From the NCBI GenBank assembly GCA_020137815.1, contig CM035358.1:6138001-6202000 (forward strand): a DNA stretch of 64,000 nt, in the 5' to 3' direction. Source of the DNA: Hormiphora californensis (Eukaryota; Animalia; Ctenophora). Below the pieces are notes generated by a model, which saw only the letters and a program-made list of their open reading frames with translations, did not search any database and was not told the DNA's origin. Position numbers and translations under genes: made by a program. Shown here piece after piece: positions 11,301 through 24,400 of the stretch (position 1 is its first letter; each line of letters starts with the position of its first letter).

Positions 11301-14300
11301 AGAGAAGTCAGGAGGGGGTTATATAATGGCTCCCGGACTCCTGAACGACTGGACGCATGACCGAATGAAATTAATAAACCCGGGGGTTGAGTGACAACAA
11401 CAGAGAGGGAGGGGAAGGCTATACATCTGCAACAGTGGAGGGAGGGGAGTTTATGAATCATTCCAAATCACAATTCAGATATTATTCGTTTTGAATGGCG
11501 CATGGTATAGGGATTTTGTTAATGAGAGTTCTCACGCCAGATATGTATCCTCAAGTTGGGGAACCAATTTAGGTATAGGTACCTCAAGTTGGTAGAGTTT
11601 CTGTCTTGCCTCAGCCAGGCAGTCTGTTGGGGGTGGGTTGAGCAGTGGTCTTGTCACTCTCAAATGGGACGCACCAACCGGTAACTTTATCACCTGTGTG
11701 GAAGTGAGTTACAAGATGCTCAGAGAGAGAATTTTTTTAGAATCGATAATTAAAACGTCACGGGGATGACTTTTTCGTCGTTCGACCTTCTCTGCGTCGC
11801 CCTGTAAAGGGGGGTTATGAAATAACAAGCTACACTTACTGAGTGTTGTTCGAAGTGTGTATGGGGACATACAAACACCATGGCATCGCAGGACGGGCAT
11901 TCTTTTGACCCATTTAGATAACTAAATGTGATACAGTTGTTAGTTGATATCTCCACCGATGCACTGTATTTTGATGTGATTAGTTCCCGGGAGTTGAAGG
12001 GGTCTGCTCCATCAGCAAACAGGTTACTGACATCCACCTGGAGAGAAGAGGTAGTTGTGGGAAATGGAAATGGAACAATAATTGGTAATCCTCCAGACAC
12101 AGCAATCACAAACAAACATTGTTTGTCAAACAATACACAATTGAAATTCAGTAGACTTGGTAGATTAATTGAGAATTGTCGCCGAGGCGATCTTCTTTCT
12201 TCTTCTTCTAGAGGGTGCCTGGGGAAAACCCCACAAGGAACTATCGCTTATAACCCAATGTGGTTGGCACTTATAATGGAGATCGAGTGGCCCCCGAAGG
12301 GCTGATATCTGTCAGGCCAATACTCTGACCACAGCTCTCGCTCATTTGAAGAAATGAGAATAGGGTCAGGCCAATGCTCTGACAGGGTGATATTGACCAA
12401 ACAAACCTGTTCTTCTTCATCATCCTCCTCTTCACTCCCCTCCATCCCTAATCCACCCCCTCCCTGTGCTCTCTTTTCCTGGCTGATGTGGGTAGTCAGC
12501 AGCTTCAATTCGTTCAACACTTGCATTCCCATCTGAGGGGGGGGGTGGGGGTTCTTACTTCCTCCTATAGTAGCCTCATACGAGATTTTGTCTCGTCTAG
12601 AGAGGCTCTTAGTCTCACTCTGATAGTCTGATACTCTGAGACGAGGTTACCCCTCAATCCCCCCTTTGGTTCCTAGTCTCACAAGGTTCGTCATTATCAG
12701 AAATCTCCCTCTATATCTCGAAGCCCCCGCACTTTTTGTCTTGAATTGAGATAAAGGGACGGTGATAGTGAGAGGTATAGTACAAACAAGATGGGGAGAC
12801 TCAAAGAATCCTTTGTATCATTTGGATTTTATTGTGACGTCACGCGAGTCAGTCTGACTGGTTGGAGATAGAGAACCACCGGAGAGTTTGGTTGATAGAG
12901 AACATTTTGCACCGATTGTGTGCACCACTGGTACTGCACAATAGATCTCTCTTACCAAACTTGAAGATTTTAGATCTTTCAAAATTCAGATCGAGATCTA
13001 TTGTTTGATAGACGTAACAATGAAATTGTTGAAGGAAGGACAGTCGGGAGTGTTCTATGATGTGAGATATGTCAGGGGTCCGGAGGAGGGGGTGGGGGTT
13101 ATGAGATGGACCGTGTAATGCCCTGTAAAACAGTGATATGTGTAATAATCCAGGGAAATAGTATCAGCCATCAGGGAAATAGTATCAGAAAGTCCATTCC
13201 ACGGTGCTCAGAGATCTAGGACAAGTCATGATATAATGTCCCAGAACGGGGGGGGGGGGGGGGGTCCTACCTGAGAGAAGCTTTCCCGCATAACAATATA
13301 TCGTTTATTCCAACCAGTCAGTGCCTCTGATGATCCCTTTGAACCAAGAACTACCTTGTTATACCTGGAAGACACACAGGGTTAAGCTCATTATATAAGA
13401 CCGCCTCTCGGCTACGTGAGGCCGCGATGTACAGTCAGGCACTGACAGGGTTAAAACCTCTCAAAAATGGGGACCGTTCACTGTCAGGTATATCTATAGT
13501 TCCCCAAAGCCCAGAATATAATTATTTGAAAAAAATGAAAATATATATGTCAGGCCAATGCTCTGGCAGGTCAGGGGGGTGGGGTTTTCAGGTAGTTTTA
13601 ATGCATTTAAGGTGCGAGGTAGATGCTATTACATTGAGCTACTTTAAAATTTAGTTCGGAAAATTTCGCACCCTTGATCCGGCCGCACGGTAGAAACACA
13701 AATCTACGACTCCCTTTGTTTTGTTCAAACGGGGCGCGGGGAGGGAGGGTCGAACAAGGCAAGACTCCCTATTGAAGGACATAAAGAGAAAATATTCTCT
13801 TAGAGATTCTCACTTCGAAAAAGAGGTTCGAAAAAGAGGTTCGAAAAAGATGTTCTTTATTTCTTTGTCTTTGGATATAACGGGGTTACCCTTTCTTTAG
13901 ACAAGTATAATCGTACCCCTTATAAGGTAGTTGGGAGTTACTCAACTCCGAACTAAAGAACAAAGAGAGATTTTCTCTTTGAATCGGATCACACGGCCGA
14001 GTTTGAAAGCAAGAAAATCGGATAAAGAATGAGGGCACCCCTCCCCACCCCATCCTTCGGGGATCCCGCAGTACGGGTACACGCATTTTATCATACCCGT
14101 CATTTTCATCCGTTACTCAACAAGATAAATAATTGAATAAGAGATGGGGAGCTAGGGTGGAGCTCGAGGAAGTAGTTGAGTAAGGGGTGCAATAATCCTC
14201 CACGGCTCCACCCTTTACAACGAGGAAGTAGGGAAAGGGAAGTAAAAATACATTCCCTCTAGAAACCTGCCAGTAGGGGTGTTTCTCTGTAGCACGATTT

Positions 14301-17300
14301 AATTAATTACGTATCCCACCTGTTAAAACTTCAAGAAAGTACCCCCCCCCCCCGGTGGTTTGACAAGTGAGTTAGAGTCCTTGTTTGGCATAGTTAACAC
14401 GCGAAGGGGCCACCGGGGAAGGGGGATCATGGTATAATCTTACTACTAAGTATGTCTAATTCAAATTTGCATGTTTGGTTCGCTCGTCAGTGTAGGTAAC
14501 ACGTATAGTCGGATTTTAAATAACTGTCGTTTTTTAGAGTTTTCAAATTTCTTTAAATGACCATAAGTCCGGTTCCTGATGAGATAGAGACTTGAAATTT
14601 GGAGGTTACGAAGATCTTGCTAAGTTCTTCCGAACCTCCAAATTTCAAGTCTCTATCTTATCAGGAATCTGAGATATGACACATTTTGTTATTTCAGGGG
14701 TGCGACAGTTTCAAAAAATCCGACTTTATCTTATATGTGCTTTCCACTTTATAGTTACCTGTCAGTAAAATTGTCCTGTTCATCTAACAGAGTGTTGACA
14801 ATTCCAACCAGCTGCTTCTGTAGCACCTCCCCCTCCTCCTCCTCCTTACCCCCATCCTGACTACCAGTAGAGGGGCTGATTGTGGTGGGTGGGCCAAAGA
14901 ACCCGTTCTGTAGCTCACAGTACTGTTGTCGATACTCGTCCAGTGAGACTAACTCATCCTCCTTCCGCTTTAGTTGTGATTGGAATCCCTGCAGAAAATG
15001 CTGTTTAGTAAGAAAAGTGGTTGAATTATTTCCTGTTGAGTATGTTGTTGTTATTCAACAAATTATTCCAGGAATTAAATATAGTAAGGTGATAAGCCAG
15101 GAACACCACAAAAAAATTTGTTACAAAGGAATTCCACCTCAAATGTACTCCTAAGCGTCCCCTCTATCGACTCCAACCAATGCTCATATTTGCTCAGGGG
15201 TGCTAAGGCCTCATTTCCGGGTGGGCGTGGTACCTGTATTTTCAGCCTGAGGCCAAAACCATAAGTACCCTTAAAATAGGAGTAGAGATAAAATCGAGGG
15301 CACTAAAGTGATCAGCGTCCTCGCATTAGTGGGGGTAGGTGCCGGAATTAAGTCTCTATCTCAACTGGTTAATGAGATAATTGGATAATTAGGTTTGCGC
15401 ACAACCGTTTTTTGGCTATATGGCTATAGCCACTTAGGAATGGTTTAGAGACTTTTCATTGGTGCCATTTTGTAGGCAAAACGAATTTATGGGGGGTCGA
15501 CGTCGGACTTTTAAGCTCTATCTTCAACCGTTTAGCCGTTATTTGGCTTTTAAGATTCTCCAAATGAGCTAAATACGGTAAAAACCCCGATTTTGAACAC
15601 CGTTAAATCCAAATAACGGCTAAACGGTTGAAGATAGAGCTTAAAAGTTCGACGTCGACCCCCCCATAACTTCGTTTTGCCTACAAAATGGCACCAATGA
15701 AAAGTCTCTAAACCATTCCTAAGTGGCTATAGCCATATAGCCAAAAAACGGTTATGTGCAAACCTAATTATCCAATTATCTAATTAACCAGATGAGATAG
15801 AGACTTAATTCCGGCACCTACCCCCACTAATGCGAGGACGCTGATCACTCTAGCGCCCTCGATTTTATCTCTACTCCTATTTTAAGGGTACTTATGGTTT
15901 TGGCCTCAGGCTGAAAATACAGGTACCACGCCTACCCGGAAATGAGGCCTTAGCACCCCTGAGCAAATATGAGCATTGGTTGGAATCGATAGAGGGGACC
16001 CTTAGGAGTACATTTGAGGTGGAATTCCTTTGTAACAAATTTTTTTGTGGTTGAGGCTAAAATTTTAGTTAAATCACCTTACTAATACGATTTAAATTAA
16101 ATACGATTTCAAGGAATATGAAAGGTTTCATATCCCGAACTAAACAGTTAACTATCTTGGAGTTAGTTAAACGAACGAATGAGGAAGGTATCATATCCCA
16201 CTTTGAACTATCTTGAAGTTGAACATGTGTCATGTGTTGTTACTCAACAAGTCAAGTGAGACACATACCTTTTCATTCGTTTCTGCAAGTTCAGCCTGCA
16301 TCTTGTAACTGTTTCTCCAGTTTTTCAATCTTTCTCTGCAGCACTTCTGATTTCTCATCTCTCTCAGAAATGTGCCTTTCAAGCACAGCCATTTCCGCTT
16401 GTAACTTTGCAATCCTGGGGGGGGGGGGGGTGTCAAATTTAAAAGGGGGAAAAAGTAGGGGAGTAAAAGTAATGTGAGATACTGAATTTCACATTACATC
16501 TTACTGTATCTCAGATTCATGAACAATGATTCTTCCATGGCAATTCCAGAGTCACAAAAAAGCAATCAAGGAAATTGGAAACAGCAGTATCTACCGCTGA
16601 CTACTCTTTCGCCCCACAATCCACACGTGGGGGAGAGTATGAACACGTTTTTAGATATTAGTCAGATTAGTGACAATATCTTCTGCTGCAACGTACTGCT
16701 GTTTTTATATTGGTGATATTCCGTTAACCCGTAGTAGTTCTGCTAAGTTTCACCAGTGGCTCTGCATTGATCGCAGCGCTGTAATATCATTACCAGCTTT
16801 ATATCACATTGTCCATGTTATGAAAGTCTTTGAAAACCTAGTTATGAAAGTCTTTGAAAACCTAGTTATGAAAGTCTTTGAAAACCTAGTTATGAAAGTC
16901 TTTGAAAACCTAGTTATGAAAGTCTTTGAAAACCTAGTTATGAAAGTCTTTGAAAACCTAGTTATGAAAGTCTTTGAAAACCTATTGGCCACATTGATGC
17001 CTGAGTGAGATCGAGGTCGCGCAGCGACCGAGATCGATCTCACATCTAGGCCTCCGGCGCGTTATTGATTTTAGAGCAAACTTTTTCAAAGACCTGGCTG
17101 CAAGGAACTACTGAACCGATTTGCATCTCGTTTGTTGCTCCTGGCAGATAATTGTCTCTAGTTTTACGGAAAATACCCGCGAGTATCAGCATTTGAGCAA
17201 TAGTGGGTCAAAATTGACGCTAAACATGAGCAATTCTTTAAAGACCTGGCTGCAAGCTCCTACTCGGTCCTGGGACAATCTGCGGGTACTGGGTGAATCG

Positions 17301-20300
17301 CTATGGCCTTGTGAGTATGGGAAAATACCCGCCGATACATCAAAGTGCCAATTGAGGCGGTAATTGGGGTTTTGGTAGTGTTATGTCGGCTAAAAATGCC
17401 TGCTAAAACAGTATATCGCGCGCGATTTGACAGTCCCACTGCTGAAAACGTGCTTTACATGGCGCGCACGTGAGTTCTTGCTCTCAACGGACCGGGATCC
17501 TATTATTCGCGGAGCGAGAATAGGATGCGATGGATCCAAGAAAACCTAGTTATGAAAGTCTTTGAAAACCTAGTTATGAAAGTCTTTGAAAACCTAGTTA
17601 TGAAAGTCTTTGAAAACCTAGTCAGGGACAAGCTCTACTCTCACTGCAAAGACAAAATAACAATACATCAACATGGCTTTGTTCCTCATAAATCATGTAA
17701 TACACAGCTTATTGAATTTTCTAGTCAACTTGCCTATAATCTAAACAATCATCTCCAAACTGATATAGTTTATTTTGACTTCTCTAAGGCTTTCGATAGT
17801 GTTTCCCATGACTTAATATTAGAAAAACTTAAGAACCAATTTGATATAGACGGTAAGCTGCTAAACTTTATAAAAATTTATCTCCAAAGTCGAAGACAGC
17901 GTGTAATGGTAGATGGCACATTCTCAGATTGGACTCCTGTAACATCCGGTGTACCTCAGGGTTCTATTCTAGGCCCCCTACTATTTGTCCTATTTATAAA
18001 CGATATTGTTGATAGTGTAGGAGATGGTACCCAAATAAAATTATATGCCGATGACCTCAAGATTTGGCGGGAAATTAGATGTCAAAACGACAGTCTGCAG
18101 TTAGATATAGATAATTTAGAAGCGTGGAGCACTGCAAATAAAATGAAGTTTCATCCCTCTAAATGCAAAGTAATACGTAGTACATGTAAACGTGATGTTA
18201 TAGATATTAGATACTTATTGGGGGGAGTAGAACTAGAGTGTACATCGTCAGAAACGGATCTGGGGGTGATTATGACGGCCAAACTAAGCTACACTGATCA
18301 CATCGAATCTGTTGTATCAAAATCTTCACAAAAACTAGGTCTGATCAAACGGCACTGTAATATGGTCTGTCAGACACAAGCTAAAAGAACTCTTTACATA
18401 GCTATAGTTAGGTCACTTTTTGAACACTGTTCACCAATCTGGAGACCTTCAAGTGATAATGGTCTCAGTAAGTTTGAAAAGATACAAAAAAGGGCTGTGA
18501 AATTTATTCTTAATGAACAATATGCTAGCTACACTGACACTGAATATAAAGAGAAATTATGTGAACTGAAACTACTTCCGATGTCCCTCAAATTCCTTTA
18601 CACCGATATATCTCTTCTGCACAAAATAGTTTATTCTCACATTCCTCTGCAACTACCTGCATACCTACACATGTATGACAGACAATCCGATTTTACTAGA
18701 GCAACGAGATTCCAGAGTGAAAGGGATGACCTTCATATTGTTTGTACCGAGAGGGCAAGACTTGAGTCATTTGAGCAGTCATTTTTCTACAGAACACATT
18801 TGGCCTGGAATTTACTTCCACTGTCTCTAAGAGAAATATGCAACCCTTCACTTTTTTCCATTAAACTCAAGAACCACATGCTAGAACATGGAGTAACATA
18901 AAATATCTTCTACTACAGCTGTATCTCTATTACTAGCCCTCTAATCCTAGATTTAAGGAAAGTACAGCTGTGAAGCACTCTCTCCCTCCCTCACTCTCGC
19001 GCTCTCTCTCTCTCTCTCCCTCATTCTCCCCTTCTCTCAAAACCTCTCTAATATATCTCTCCCTCCTGCACTCTTTCTACTTCCTAAAACACTCTCTCCA
19101 GCATGACTATATGACGTGACTCACCGACAGGACAAAATAATCTAAAATACACAAAAATAAAATTTAATAAATCAATACCTCTAATTTATTAACTAATTTA
19201 TTATCTACATTACCCTATAAATTGATTTAGGTAGTGTGACTCTGCGGCGTAAGCGTCTAATTGGACCTGCCTCTAATCTGCTCTATATACAGGGACTTAT
19301 ATATATTTATATTTTTATGTGTGCTACTTTCCTGTATATGTTGCAAATTAGTTTAAAATCAAAATCAAAATCAAGTTGTTGTGCAAGAAGATATGAAAAA
19401 CGTAGCAATAATTTCCAACCATGAACAACTCTCCCTTATATGTTGAAAGTTGAAAGTTGCTTTGAGCCCTTACCTACTACTATGATATCTACTAGCTGAT
19501 AAATGTGTGCAACTAGACTGATCTATAACTGCTAGAGGGTAACTCCAGCACCTCTAGACATAAACAATGACAATTGCCGCTGAATGTGTTGTTAAAAGCG
19601 TAGCAACTTTGAAGTGATTTCAGTGATACTTCACAGACCCTACCAGGCCAATGCTCTGACCACACAGTTCTCACGTGCTCAGGATAATGCTCTGACAGCA
19701 CAGACCTATAGCACTAAATCCTAAATCGTTCCCAGTAAACTACTATTAGTTACTTACTTGGAATGTCTCCAAATTACCCCAAAATATTTGACACGTCTAT
19801 TTGACACTTACCGTGCTACGCAGGCGCTGTCAGGCCAACACTCTGACCGCGGTTCTCGAGAATAGGGTCAGGCCAATGCTCTGACAGCAGTGACAGCGCA
19901 CGCGGTCGGTCAAATGGCATATAAAATATATTACAAAATATATATTATATTTTATGAAATATATTACTCCATTATAATATAGTAGCTCATTATTAGCTGA
20001 TACCCAGACCCTTGCTGTCAGATAATTGGCCTAGTGCCTGACCCTCTCTCACTGCACGTCCCATGATAGCTCTGTCAGGCCAGTGCTCTGACCTCGGTTA
20101 TACTTATTGCGTGCAAGAATCTAAGGGTCTAGTCAGGCCAATGCTCTGACAGAGATGTCTTGACACTGACATGATCTACTGTAGATCATGTCAATGTAAC
20201 TGTCCCTCGCAGCGGTGCTACTGATAACTAGCTGGTAACAAATCAAATACTACTTACGTCGCTGTCTTTTTGTCCAGCAGCGCTGCAATACTTTCACTTT

Positions 20301-21412
20301 CGCTTTTAGTTTTGGAGACTTCACTTCTCAACTGCTCACTTTCATCCTTCAGCTCCTCCGCTTCTGCCCTTTTCTCCTCTTCGAGCCTGTAGAATTGTTG
20401 GTGGGATTCAGGAGCTGCCAAATATCATAAAAAGAGTAACCTGCTCCTACCAATTCAAGGCCTTGGATCTTGACATTTAAAAAGAGAAAAAGTGGTTTAG
20501 AAACAGTTGACGAGACGAAAAGTGACTGTCTGGCGGCGCCAGACCCCAATTTGATTCTCAAACAGTGCGCTCAGATGAGATGGGGTCGGCGGCGCCAGAT
20601 ACTGACAGACAAGTGACACTTGACGTCTCGATTTTATAATATGCTGTACAGCAAGTCTAGGGAGGGGCATGAATCGCAACTATTCTGGCCTTTTGGTCAT
20701 GTTGAGTAACAACTTTCCTTGCTACACCAAAATAATAAATATTGCAAAAGAACACGTTCATATCGTTTTTGTCTGGTTTGGTGTGAAACATGTAGCTCGT
20801 TATGCAGTCAAAATGATGTCCTGAATCTCACTGATCTATTCCTGGAAGCACTGTTTCCGGGAATAGAAACAAACAGCCCCAATGGGCCAATCTAGGCCCA
20901 GATGAACTCTGCACGCATGGTAGGGCCCCGAAACAGACTGCCTACAAATTCACTTTACACACGATTGGAAAGCCGCGCGCAACGTGAGATTGTTAGGGCC
21001 AGTGAAGTGGCCCATCTCTCGGTGCAACTTGGCCAAGAAACTGCAAGTTTTAAATTATATTACTATGCAGATTTTAGTGACTGGTTGGATTTCAGTGTTC
21101 GATAGAATTCTTCTAAATATAGTACAAACTACAAGACCAAGATATATGCTTTTAGTAAAGAGTTGCTAATGGAATGTTCTGGCGATATTTCAATCTAGCA
21201 TTATCGAGGGGGGGTTCATTACCGGCTAAAATAAAAAGGAAATATAAAATATCACTGCTGTTGTTGTAGAGTGGAGCAATACGTTTTGTACAAAAGATTT
21301 ATCTTCTTTTCACGTAGCTGTAGGTACTTACCAAATCTCCGATACAAACTTTTTTGTTGTTGGTGATAGTCAAAAGGACGCCCCTATCTTTTGGTACTAG
21401 CTTCCCCTCATG

Positions 21413-21487
<75 letters not shown>

Positions 21488-24400
21488 CCCTCTCTTTCCC
21501 ATTGTTCCAGTGATATTGAAGGTGCAGTAGATGGTCACGTCGCAACGCGTCTCGGGACGGCATATAAATAGCCCCTCAGTATGGGAATGAAAACATGCCT
21601 CTTAGCCGACAACCCGAGAGAGAGTAGAGACAACCCGAGAGAAGGTAGAGATATCCCGAGAGAGAGTAGAGATAGCCCGAGAGAAGGTAGAGATAGACCG
21701 AGAGAGTATAGAGACAACCCTAAAGAGTAGAGACAACCCGAGAGAGTATAGAGATAGACCGAGAGAGAGTAGAGATAGCCCGAGAGAAGGTAGAGATAGA
21801 CCGAGAGAGAGTAGAGATAGCCCGAGAGAGTATAGAGATAGCCCGAGAGAAGGAAACAGACAACCCGAGAGAAGGTAGAGATAGCCCGAGAGAGTAGAGA
21901 CAACCCGAGAGAAGGTAGAGATAGCCCGAGAGAGTAAAGACAACCCGAGAGAGAGTAGAGATAGCCCGAGAGAGTAGAGATAGCCCGAGAGAATAGAGAC
22001 AGCCCGAGAGAAGGTAGAGATAGCCCGAGAGAGTAGAGATAGCCCGAGAAAGAAAAGAGACAACCCGAGAGAGTAGAGACAGCCCGAGAGAGTATAGCTG
22101 TATGCGAGTTAGATTGATATCGTTTTCATTTTCATTTCGATTTTTATATTTTGATCGTGTTGATGTGATATACCATGTTGATGTGATCTGAATGGTAGTG
22201 GCAGTACCAGAGTAATATCTTTGCAATCATATACCAGAGCAACTGCTGCGTTTCCCATCCACCTAGCTATTACCAAGCAAGATAGATTTGCATGCTAGAA
22301 ACCCATCTATTTCTCTGTTTTATAATATCCGATACATGTGTTATTTACCTATCAATATATATTGGGCGACGATTCGATTGATATGTAGGTCGACCATTTG
22401 ATCATTCTTTGAAGCTTCTTCAGTAATAATATCCTCTTTTATTATACCCCAGTTCCTTTCGAATTTAACCGCCTATTTCCTATTTCCTATTTCCACCCCA
22501 ACCCAGTGAACACTGAACCCCAAACTTTGCAATGAAATTTTATTTCGGACTGCAGCCGATTGGTCAACTTATTGATTCAGTTAAACACTTTATTCATTGG
22601 ATCCGTATTCCGCCCCCTAACCCCCACGTGCCCTTCTTTGTAGCAGTATAACCACACACTTGATTTATTGGATCCGTATAATTCCAGCCCCAACCCCTAG
22701 TGAACCCCAAACTTGATTTATTGGATCTGTATTCCGCCCCCTAACCCCCCCCCCCCTTCTTTGTAGCAGCATTATGACTGGACTCCGAGGCCTGCTATTC
22801 ACACTACTACTTCTCTCCGTGCAGCTCTACATTGTACACTCCCAGTTTTTTGACCTCGGTGAGTTAAACGTTTTAGTTTGAAAGTTAATTGCTGCTTACT
22901 ATTTCCTACAATCTGTAATTAATTACCCGGAGTTTTCTAGTATTTCCTAATATTCCTAATCTAAAACATGCCCCGTAGGACACATGAATCAGTTGCAGAA
23001 GGAGGGAGCCAACGTGCAGGAAGACGAGCCAATAGGAGATGGGAATGGCTGGGCACTGGGACAGTAGCACAATATATGATCCCTTCATCCCTGCAAAGAT
23101 TTTCTAACCCACTGAAGGATTTAAAAGAGTGAAAGACATTTTGACCAAGGCCAGGGAGCTAAAAAGATAATGAGAGACCCCCGAACGATGAGACAATTAC
23201 AGAGAGTGTAAATGAGACACTGGAAATATGTGTGTAGCGATGTGTGTTGTGTATTGTGAACCCGTTTTAGAAATTGCATGCTATAACTCACTGTACAGAT
23301 CTTTAGATTATAGCTGACTAGCACACCCATTGGGTGCACCTCAAGTACTTATCTTTAGATTAGTTATTGGAGATCAGAGAGGGCAGTCTTTTGTGAGTAG
23401 TGAGACAAGCCATTCCACTTTCCGTGCACTAACCAATCAACCCCGCCCTTTGTGTGTAGTACAAACCCAGTAATCCCAGTATCATCAATAGCAGAATCTA
23501 AATTCCAAGTTGTGCCAACCTTGATCTGCTGAACCCTCACAGTATTATAGTGGTCACTGTGTGTGTGAGCTACACTAGTTGCACCAACCTAAACACCATC
23601 TCAAAGTAGGGAAGAAAAGCAGAGGGTTCCGTTCCCGTTGAAGTGAGGGTGCCACTGTAGATTGCACGTTTCAGTGTCTTTAGAACCAGTGATAGCACAT
23701 CTTTATACACCTGGGGGAGATTGTATTGTTAGGCTAGAACAACAAGACAAGTTGGCATGGAGGGATGGGCAGATAGTTTAATAGGATACAATCCGATGCA
23801 AAAATGGCACATGGAGTTTGAGATCTGAGAGAGTTATGAAAAGTGGTCATTCCAATTTAGTTTTTTAGTCTCCTCATTGTGTTCTCACAATTTAGTTAGT
23901 CCCCTTACTTTAATCTACTAGCGAAACCCACAGAGCATGTTCGCTCTGTGACGTCATTTTATGAACTACTGTGTGTTTTTAAATGACTGAGACTGTTCAA
24001 ATCGACATAGCGTCAAAAGTTGTGAATATTTTGCTCTGAAATTTTAGGACAAGGTAGATGGCTACCTGCCATTTATTGTACTCGAATTTCAGCAAAATCG
24101 TATAATGCGCTGTGTGCCACACAACGTCCCACAACGTCCTGCAACCTACCCCAGTCACCTACCCACAGTCACCTACCCCAGTCACCTACCCCAGTCACCT
24201 ACCCCAGTCACCTACCCCAGTTATCTACCCCCCAGTCACCTACCCCAGTTATCTACCCCCCCCAGTCACCTACCCCAGTTATCTACCCCCCAGTCACCTA
24301 CCCCAGTCACCTACCCCAGTTATCTACCCCCCAGTCACCTACCCCAGTTATCTACCCCCCCCAGTCACCTACCCCAGTCACCTACCTCAGTCACCTACCC

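Noticed and set aside
21270-21571. Possible small plus-strand exons around the (CT)n tract (also 25428-25543)
   Set aside because: Splice-like sites exist, but no start codon, recognisable product or consistent model could be built.
22906-23090. Minus-strand hydrophobic ORF as an exon of the coiled-coil gene
   Set aside because: Flanking exons 2 and 3 join in phase without it. The region is better explained by the plus-strand nested peptide gene.
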